Assembly: GCA_963762595.1 (NCBI GenBank)
Contig: CAVXLI010000011.1
Coordinates: forward strand, 98,087-162,086
Source of the DNA: an uncultured delta proteobacterium
GTDB lineage: Bacteria; Desulfobacterota; Syntrophia; Syntrophales; Smithellaceae
Direction of reading: 5' to 3'
DNA: 64,000 bases
A model generated the notes under the pieces. That model ran no database searches. It saw only the letters and a list, made by a program, of their open reading frames with translations, and was not told where the DNA came from. Positions 56,571 to 64,000 of the stretch are shown piece by piece; position 1 is the stretch's first letter, and each line of letters starts with the position of its first letter. The position numbers and the translations under genes are program-made.

Positions 56571-56726
56571 ATGGATTGGATTATTGAAAACTGCTTTCTC
56601 ATTTTGGTTTCACTTCTGTGTCTGGGCATGCACTTTTTCGGACACGGATCGTACAGCAGCCATGAGGCGGGGCAGGGACTTAGCGAAAGATTAAGATCTT
56701 ATCCGAATGAATATTTCTATTCGTAA
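56571..56726 (+). CDS. small His-rich membrane peptide (DUF2933-like), 51 aa, below the ORF-track cutoff
   Basis: MDWIIENCFLILVSLLCLGMHFFGHGSYSSHEAG... One TM helix followed by an HxxGHG motif, as in small proteins of metal-resistance loci. Confidence 0.4.
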   Translation: MDWIIENCFLILVSLLCLGMHFFGHGSYSSHEAGQGLSERLRSYPNEYFYS

Positions 56727-57163
56727 TCGTCAATTCTGACAGCTACCCACTATTGAAACGTTGTAGGTGAAACACTTAAAGATATTATTAAAGAAAATAA
56801 TTGTCCATAACACCTACTTATCTACACTTGGCTGCATCACTGAGAATCAATGAATACCGTACTATTACCGGTCAAGTTAGTTCCTCAATGCCAGTCCTAG
56901 TTTCTCTATGATATAGAGCACGGCACACAAGGCATGAGTGGTATTGACCCGCACCGATTCCTAAAATCTGCTCACAATAATCGCTCCCTTATCGTTTCTT
57001 TTTAATGCCGCGTTTCGCTTGATTTTCTCATAAACGTCCACTATATTGAACGGGAACGCTGGTATGCCGCTTTGCTGCACGGCGTTGATACTGTCTTGAG
57101 CAATTGCGTGCCTCATTGCATCCCGTGCGGCAACTGGAACCATCCTAAAACAGGAGACTGGTC

Positions 57164-57766
57164 GTGGTAAAAAAAAGAAAATCCAGAGATGTGAGACAAC
57201 AACAAATCATTGATGTAGCTGGGGCCATGATTTTCAAATACGGCAGCGAACACCTGACGGTCAGGAGAATTGCCTCAGAGGTCGGCATCTCCGAAGCGGC
57301 CATCTACCGACATTTCAAGAGCAAGAAGAGCATCCTCTCCTTCCTGCTCAGCCATATTGAAGAGTGTCTTCTCAGGGACATCTCGCCGGAAAGTGCGGGC
57401 ACTAAACCGCTGACCCTCGACACCATTGAGAAAATCATCCGGACTCACTTTTCCAAGATCGGCATGCGTAAAGGGATCTCCTTTCAAGTCATCGCTGAAA
57501 TCATCAGTCTCGGCGATCGAAAGCTGAACAAACAGGCCTCTCAAACAATCAACAAATACATCTCCCGCCTGAAGGAACTTCTCGCTGAAGGGGTCAGGAA
57601 CGGTTTTGTCCGCCAAGACGTCGATCTGGAGGCCTCAGCGATGTTGCTTTTCACTCTTATCCAGGGATTAGTTAATATTTGGGCTCTCAGCGAGGACAGC
57701 TTCAATTTGATCGACAAGTTCACCTCCCTCTGGAAGATCTACCGCGAAGTTATCGTCCTCCGCTAA
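57164..57766 (+). CDS. TetR/AcrR-family transcriptional regulator
   Basis: 200 aa (GTG start). N-terminal HTH LTVRRIASEVGISEAAIYRHFKSKKSIL. Confidence 0.88.
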   Translation: MVKKRKSRDVRQQQIIDVAGAMIFKYGSEHLTVRRIASEVGISEAAIYRHFKSKKSILSFLLSHIEECLLRDISPESAGTKPLTLDTIEKIIRTHFSKIGMRKGISFQVIAEIISLGDRKLNKQASQTINKYISRLKELLAEGVRNGFVRQDVDLEASAMLLFTLIQGLVNIWALSEDSFNLIDKFTSLWKIYREVIVLR

Positions 57767-57910
57767 AATCCCCTAAAGGTTTCGCCTTCGGAAGCAATTT
57801 TCTAGCAACAGGATGCGTCGCCTCTCCCCTTTCCACGAGTGCATCAGAAATCCCCGTTACATTGAAGTCATTCCTGTAAGAACACATATCTCTTTTTGCA
57901 TAATTTCTGC

Positions 57911-57958
57911 TTGACATATTAGTTAACGTTTACTATTAAATAAGTTAACGCTAACTTA
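57911..57958 (+). promoter_or_regulatory. sigma-70 promoter (TTGACA-17 nt-TATTAA) overlapped by two AGTTAACG operator-like sites
   Basis: TTGACA at 57911-57916, TATTAA at 57934-57939. ttagttaacgtt lies in the spacer, and the palindrome TAAGTTA-ACGC-TAACTTA lies at 57941-57958. Confidence 0.6.
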
Positions 57959-58017
57959 CATATTAAAGGACAAGTGGTATAATCCCGTATGCCTGATAAC
58001 TTTTTTGGAGGTTTTAC

Positions 58018-58167
58018 ATGAAAGAAGAACGGGGCGTGATAAAGGAGGCTCCGACCAAGAAGGAAAGCAAGATCCATAAATATATGCGGATCGCCTTGGC
58101 ATGCATTTTCATCGTTTTAATGGGATTGATACTCTACAGCATGGCGGCCAAGAAGTTCGGATGGTAA
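58018..58167 (+). CDS. 49-aa membrane-anchored peptide, possibly the truncated 5' end of an efflux adaptor gene
   Basis: GGAGG then ATG. MKEERGVIKEAPTKKESKIHKYMRIALACIFIVLMGLILYSMAAKKFGW. Followed directly by the integrase fragment. Confidence 0.35.
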   Translation: MKEERGVIKEAPTKKESKIHKYMRIALACIFIVLMGLILYSMAAKKFGW

Positions 58168-58169
58168 TT

Positions 58170-58462
58170 CTATTCTACCGAAGGGCAACCCTTGCCGGCA
58201 AGAAAAAGACTTATGGGGATTCAATATGCAGGTTGTTGATCTGCTTGTTAAGATGTGGGCAGCCTCAATTAATCTGCCAGGCAATTATGGCGCGCATTCT
58301 CTAAGAAAGACCTGGGGCTACTTTCAGCGAAAAGTATTTGGCGCTGGCTTTGAAGTGATCTGCAAGCGCTTTAATTATTCCAGCCCAGCAGTGAGCATGA
58401 GATATTTGGGAATAGCAGATCGAGAAGTTGAAAATATTTTAGTTAATAATAAAATTGGATAA
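58170..58462 (+). pseudogene. tyrosine recombinase/integrase, C-terminal fragment only
   Basis: GAHSLRKTWGYFQRKVFGAGFEVICKRFNYSSPAVSMRYLGIADREVENIL (HxLR...Y catalytic end). The N-terminal half is absent and the upstream part is frameshifted. Confidence 0.7.
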
Positions 58463-58520
58463 AAGGATTGTGGAATTAGTGCTACAATAAACAGAGAACA
58501 TTCCAAAGGAGGGGATGGAA

Positions 58521-58685
58521 ATGAAACAAGTAATCGGTTATATCTTATTCATACTGGCAATAATCCTAATGTTTGGGCATTTATTCGTTTTCGGAACGAA
58601 GAGCATAGATATTGCTTGGGTAATCAGGGGGGTTGCAGTAGGGCTGGCTATTGTCGGTGCTGTGCTGACGACGAAGGGGAAATAA
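58521..58685 (+). CDS. 54-aa two-TM membrane peptide
   Basis: AAGGAGG RBS. MKQVIGYILFILAIILMFGHLFVFG...VAVGLAIVGAVLTTKGK. Confidence 0.35.
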   Translation: MKQVIGYILFILAIILMFGHLFVFGTKSIDIAWVIRGVAVGLAIVGAVLTTKGK

Positions 58686-58739
58686 ACCATAAAATACGAC
58701 TATCGGCTTTCAATTTCCAATATCCCGAAAATACCGATT

Positions 58740-59146
58740 TTCAAAGGGCTTGGTTGTCTTTTCTGGGCTAGAGTTTCCGATACTATCGGCAGAAAATCCG
58801 TTTTCGCCATTATATTTGCTTCACAGGCTGTTATCTACGCGTTGGTCGCGATGAACATTATTAATGGCTATTATCTGTTCCTCGTGTCCGTTTGCTATCT
58901 TTTGGCGTGCTATGGCGGCGTTTTTGCCACGATGCCTGCCTTTTGCGCCGATTCATTTGGCCCCGGCTACATCGGAAAGTGTTACGGCTTTATGCTTACA
59001 GCATGGGCATGTGCCGGTATTACCGGCCGCTTGTATTCGCTCAGCTTAGCAGGTCAACAGCACTCTATGTTGCCGCAGGGTTACTTGTTGTCGGTTTCTT
59101 CATTGCTCTTGCTTACCAGAGACCGGATTTAAAGAAAGCAAGATAA
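58740..59146 (+). pseudogene. displaced 3' fragment of an OFA-family transporter gene
   Basis: Aligns with 53640-54054 (LFWARVSDTIGRKSVFAI...PAFCADSFGPGYIGKCYGFMLTAWACAG), with one frameshift. No 5' part is present. Confidence 0.85.
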
Positions 59147-59170
59147 TTTTTATTTATTCAAAATCAAAAG

Positions 59171-59203
59171 CCCCTTCAGCTTGAAAATTGAAGGGGTTTT
59201 TTT
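59171..59203 (+). terminator. rho-independent terminator (paralogue of 54203-54245)
   Basis: ccccttca-gcttgaaaat-tgaagggg followed by ttttttt. Confidence 0.8.
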
Positions 59204-59380
59204 ACTGTACTTCAATCAGTAATAAATACAATTTATACCTCATATTTTATGGTCAAGATTTCCTAATTAATTAACAATTATTAAGTGACCTGCCCCCAAT
59301 GCTTGCACCATAAATCAAGTTTGAATTCAGCCATTTTGACTCGGCACTTCAGAACTCAAGACAATCAGACTAAAGCGTAT

Positions 59381-62219
59381 TCAAATAAAAAGCCCCATAA
59401 AATTCATCAAATATCTATCGAAAGCATATAATATTCGACCTTTCTTTGCGGATAGAGCGTTTCCATAATCTTTGTGTAACGCTTGAGCTGTTCCTCGTAT
59501 TTTTGCCTGAGCCTCGCCTCTCATGGAACCGGATTTATAATCAATAATTGTAATGAGATCATCTGACACGATCATTCTATCCACAATACCAAAACTTTCT
59601 TTATCCGATATCTGCTGCTCGATATAGAGATTGCCCGGCCTGAACATTACGGCGGAAACATCGCTTCTTTTCAACAAAACAAACCGCCGCTTCATATTCT
59701 TCATCGTTTAGTTCTCCGGCTGGCGGAAGCGACTGTCTGATCAACAACCTTAGCCAGCCAGCGGTGCAGCCGATCACCTCTCATAATACCAGCCTTGATA
59801 TAGGCCGATACCAGCGCCGGATCAATTTCGCCGTATTTTTCCGGCTCATCATTATGCTTTGCAGGCACATTGAGTATTATTACTGGTTCCGGTTCTTTTT
59901 TCTTGCCGGACAAATAACAAATTTCTTTTTTACTGCCATCCGGCGCAAACCGCAAAAAGGTATCCAGCACTGCCTGATGGACAGGCTTGTAGTTTTCGTC
60001 CTTTTTTTTCGGCAGAAAAACGGTCAGTGTTCTGTATGGCTCTTGTTGCGGCAACATAGAAAACATTCGCCTTCTCCCGGCGCAGCCGTTTCAGATTTAT
60101 TTCATGATTCTCAATGATATCTTTGGCTATTGCCGAATCGCTCGCTTCCAGGAATTCAAGCTCCTTGCCGGTAAATTGCACATGACATTTCTCGGCTTCC
60201 AGATAGAACGGCGACGTCTCTTTCATCCTCATTCCAGAAAACAAATACATGTTTAAACTGCAGACCTTTTGTCCCGTGAATTGTATCAACCTTGATATTT
60301 TCACTGTTGCTCTGCTTCCGGCACCTTCACGCTAAACCGTATATTGAACATCCTCAGAAGAAAACTCATCCACGTCAGCGCCGCCTTCACTGAAGAAGGT
60401 CTGCGCCTCATCCTGCCAGATATCAAGTATTGTCGATGAGAGCTTCCCGCGCAAAAGTTCAATCGCGCAACTGACCGCCATTAACCCGAATGGCTGGGGA
60501 TACTTTTGCGCAAACTCCGCCCGGACATCCTCAATATTGCCGAATATTTCTTTCCATAATGTCGAGTTTGCCGCTGTGGCGACGAATCGTGTCTCATCAT
60601 CTTTGGCCAGAACACCGGCAATAAAAAGCATTACCGCCACTCCTTCCTGAGTCGAAAGAAGCTGTCTTCCTTTAACCGCTGCCACTCCGATGTCGTTTTT
60701 TAAAAGCTCGGCTTCTATCTTCTGCACATGGTTGTTGGTCAAAGCCAGCACCGCCATATCTCCCCAGGGACAGCCATACTCCGCCTTTTTCTTCTTTAAA
60801 TATTCAACTATCGCGGGATAGAAAGGGGCTTCCGAAGTGCCGTCTTTTTCCAGCTCAACAAGATTCACTTCTGTCACGCCGTCAAAAGATTTAATTTCCT
60901 CCGGCGGTTTCTGCGTTTCGGTTTTCTCTTTTCCCGTCAAAGAGATTTTCGACAAGTTCATTGAAAAAAGAAATCAGCAGCGGCGTGCTGCGATAATTAT
61001 ATTCGAGCGAGCTTTCCGTGATTACTTTGTTTTTGATGTAGTTGCCGATAGCCTCTTCCAGAGCCTCGCGGTCTGCGCCGCGCCACCCGTAGATCATTTG
61101 TTTCCAATCGCCCACGGCAAAGAACGACCTTTCGCCGCGCTCGCCCCGACCGGATAAAATCTCGTCAATCAGAGGAAGCAATATCTCGATATCACCTTTC
61201 GAGGTATCCTGAAATTCGTCAATCAGCAGATGCTCCGTCCGGTCAAGTCCCAGAGAAAAGTAATTGCTCATGAGCTTCGGGCGTTCTCTCGATGCTGCAC
61301 CGTCCAGGGCAAGGAGGCCTCTGCGGACATCGTGGAAAAATATCAATCCTTTTTCGTTCTTTACGGCATCAGCCGCTTCAAAATATATCTCGCAAAGAAA
61401 GGCCACGGCCAGCTCTCGAAGCAGAGCCTTGTTGATGGACAGCTTCTCGGCAGTTTCTCTGTAATCCTTAAAAATTTTGTTCAGATCTGAATACGGTTTT
61501 TCATCCCACTCTATCTTTTTGCCCAGGCTCTTGTAATTTTCCAAATCAGAATGAGTTGCCACTGTTTTGGAAATAAAACTGTCATAATCAGCCAAAGTAA
61601 TTTATAACCCGATTGTTAACATGTAGGCGTCACTTGTCCGACAAAGCCTTTGCCTTTTCACTGAGAGATGTCAAGCCTGTTCCTTAATACTCCGTTCTCT
61701 TTCATAATGTCATCAAGGTCGTCAAGCCTGTCCATATCCATCAGACAGCGCTCAATAGTTTGTTCATCCGCCAGAGGATCCCAGAAGCGTATCAATGTCT
61801 GTTCTTAATATTCTGGCAGCGATTATTAACTTATTGGCCTTACCGCTTTGCATTACATTGTCACGAAAAGGACTTCTATCTCACTTGATAGTTCTATCTG
61901 TGCTTTCTCATCAGCCAGTCTTTGGCGAATAACCAGATGCAGCACGTGATGCAGCAAAAAGCCGGTAAAAAAATGAATCTATCGTCGAGTACCCGACGCG
62001 TCCTGCCTCCATAATCAGCCGTAAGCGCTCCAATAGAGTCAGCCCCTTTTTTTCGGCTATCTCTTTCATTATCCGGGAGCGCATTTCGGTCGTGGCGGCG
62101 CGGGTAAAGGTCAGCGCGGCGATGAATTTCCCGCCGATAAGAATTCTGTTGAACACCTCTTCGGTGAGTCTTGTTGTTTTTCCCGAACCAGCCGAGGCTT
62201 TCAGAAGAATACTTTTCAT
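59381..62219 (-). pseudogene. addA: AddA/UvrD-type helicase-nuclease, heavily frameshifted
   Basis: Walker A LKASAGSGKTT (61911-62219), IDEFQDTS and GDWKQMIYGWRGA...YNYRS (60891-61595), NVFYVAATRA (59930-60304), and the C-terminal PD-(D/E)XK motif GIVDRMIV...IIDYKSG (59381-59704). Confidence 0.8.
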
Positions 62220-64000
62220 CAGCTATTCCTCCGTGAGGCTTTATAATAATCTTCCCTGCCGCATAAGGCCTGAAACCGGCAGTATTCACATTCCTGGACA
62301 ATCATGGCCCAGGCTGAAGTTCACTGCCGCCGATTATCGCATCCAGGCGCTCCTTGATGGCCAGCATCAGCGCATCAGCTCCGGCGCTTTCTTCAGAAGG
62401 AAGAGTTATTTCTCGCTCTTTTGATGGTTCCTTCAGAAAATAAAAGCGCGCCCCTTCTGCATCTTTATTAAAGTGCTGATAGATAACAAGCTGTGCCGCG
62501 GGGTGCAAAATACCTTTTTCTTTAAAGCGCTCCAGCACAGTTGCTTTTTCCGCAAGTTCGTACTTGCTTTGCTTTTTGGAATACTTGAAATCAATAACCT
62601 CAGTTCGTTCCCGCTATCTTGGCCAGCCTGTCCGAACATCCGGTTATCTTATAACTTCCGGCAATCATTCCGCTAAATCTTTTCTCGCACGCTAGAGCAT
62701 TATCGGCAAAAATTAAACGCTTTCCGGATTCTTTCTCGTCCTCGTATATTTCCTTTAAAAATATTTTCGCGTTGAGCATGTAGATATTTATCCCGTCAAT
62801 ATCTCTCACCTCGGCGTTTTCATCACTTTCCCACAGCTTATCAAAAAGCTTTTCCCAGTCATCAAACTTATCCTTCGGCCGGTCGAGAGCTGTTGCAGGA
62901 ATTTATGAACAAAACTTCCCATCTGCATATTTATTTTTTCATCATCGTCCATGAACGAAGGAGGCTCCATGCCGAAGTATATATTGATGGTAGAACAAAA
63001 ACGGACAGGCCAGAATCTTGCTCAGGCTTGAAAACGAATAGGTGAAATCTTTCAGCTTGTTCCTCAGATTATCATCAATTTTTATCGCAGGCTTTTTAGC
63101 ACTTTGTCTCTCCGGGAGCGATTCTTTAAATGCCGTTGCCGTGACTGGTTTACCGAATTCCTGCGCCAGAAGGCTCATGTAGTAGCTCGGTGTTCTTTCC
63201 CTGATTGTATCGTTCACCGCTACTATCTTGATCCTGTCGCCCTGGGCCAGAATCTGCCTGAAAACAAGATCCTCATATTCAAAGACGCTTTTTCTCATCT
63301 GCGGAACATGTACCGGATTGATGAAAGGTCCTTCAAAGGGCTGAGTAGGCATTATGCCGCTATCCAGAGGAAGTATCAGTCCTCTGCTGAATCTCTCACC
63401 CGAAACATGGCCAAAACCGACAACCTGTACCGGCGCCGATCTGCTTCCCGTGACGCGGAATTTTTTAGCTTCTATCATTATTTTCGCGGCATCAGCCAGA
63501 TTTCGTCCCAGCCTTTCCTTCCAGTCATCAAGAAGAGTGGCAAAAGATATGGCGGCCTCAAACGCTTCACACTCTTCACGAACGTAATTTTCTCGGTTCT
63601 TGGATAATTCCATTGCGCAGGTCGTGGCAAATTTCTTGAAATCAGGCATCAGCCCCGATGCTTGGGCCTTTTCTACCTCAACCAGAAGCCTTCGTGCCTG
63701 CCGAAGTTGTCGAAAAAGGCAGCCAGACAGCAAGATTGACGGCATTCCCGAACAGACGTAGTGATCTGTTCCAGAGCATTGGTGTGAGCGACTCATCAAG
63801 CAGAAAAATCATCAACTGATCATTGCCTGCTCTTTCTTTGAGAAAAGCGGAAACCTCCAGTGTGACAAGGTCAACCAGGGCATGAAGTCCGGCAAGCGAG
63901 ACCAACTCAATGCCCGTTCCTTCCGAAGGTGTAACCCCTCCACCGAAGGATAATACAAGATTTTTTGCCGAATCAAAAGGCAGCTTTTCCGAACCGGATA
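62219..64000 (-). pseudogene. addB: AddB-like PD-(D/E)XK nuclease subunit with an Fe-S Cys motif, frameshifted, runs off the window end
   Basis: FSSLSKILACPFLFYHQYIL (62942-63799), a nuclease core around 62560-62700 (CSDRLAKI...IDFKYSKK), and the terminal CEYCRFQALC (Cx2Cx5C). Its stop overlaps the addA ATG (TGATGA at 62217-62221). Confidence 0.7.

Larger units (their letters stand above)
54055..58739. mobile_element. degenerate integrated islet bounded by the intact and the displaced 3' ends of the OFA transporter gene
   Basis: About 400 nt of the transporter 3' end plus its terminator (53640-54245) recur at about 88-90% identity by eye at 58740-59203. An integrase C-terminal fragment (58170-58462) sits next to the second copy. 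Confidence 0.55.

Noticed and set aside
56961-57143. 60-aa minus-strand ORF between the His-rich peptide and TetR
   Set aside because: No recognisable motif, no RBS, and it sits in a region that looks like degraded non-coding or remnant DNA. It cannot be supported as a gene.

Overview
This is 64 kb of a bacterial chromosome, apparently a draft long-read or metagenome assembly. Gene content points to an anaerobic diderm: LPS-transport and Kdo genes, sigma-54 machinery and two selenocysteine formate dehydrogenases. I found no rRNA, tRNA or CRISPR array.

Layout:
- 0-5.3 kb: Mog-like gene, Mut7-C, HIT, YfcE, then a small ORF with ligA and acyP.
- 5.3-9.1 kb: nitroreductase and PaaI thioesterase with duplicated flanking non-coding modules, an aminotransferase, and hairpin-repeat clusters.
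- 9.1-16.7 kb: SPFH/NfeD pair, family-4 UDG, coaBC, M23 peptidase, rapZ-hprK-ptsN.
- 17-24.6 kb: hpf-rpoN-lptB-lptA-lptC-kdsC-kdsA-TPR, the classic rpoN locus.
- 24.8-28.1 kb: Xer recombinase, rpiB, a methyltransferase, and a Zn-ribbon-NUDIX-sensor fusion.
- 28.1-31.6 kb (accessory): a metzincin-like lipoprotein bracketed by a duplicated gene end, then a visibly AT-rich islet with a HEPN (Rx4H) protein, a 4-TM protein, a GNAT and a Zn-ribbon peptide.
- 31.6-37.3 kb: signalling cluster (receiver-kinase hybrid, single receivers, NtrC-type sigma-54 activator, double-Cache kinase) with -24/-12 promoters.
- 37.4-41.3 kb, minus strand: formate dehydrogenase 1, a Sec-FdhA flanked by sulfhydrogenase-like beta and gamma subunits.
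- 42.7-45.9 kb: an uncharacterised DRTGG / GHKL-ATPase / PHP module. This is my best candidate for an undescribed system.
- 45.9-54.1 kb: formate dehydrogenase 2 (NuoE-like, 2Fe-2S ferredoxin, NuoF-GltD fusion, NuoG-type Sec-FdhA), followed by an oxalate/formate-family MFS transporter.
- 54.1-59.2 kb: a degenerate integrated islet with copper-type periplasmic genes, TetR, an integrase fragment and a duplicated transporter 3' end.
- 59.4-64 kb: AddAB-like helicase-nuclease.

Major caveat: about half of the genes are interrupted by single-base frameshifts, often beside short homopolymers. I report each such gene as one span and treat the breaks as probable assembly errors until read data say otherwise. 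All similarity statements are by-eye motif recognition; no searches were run.
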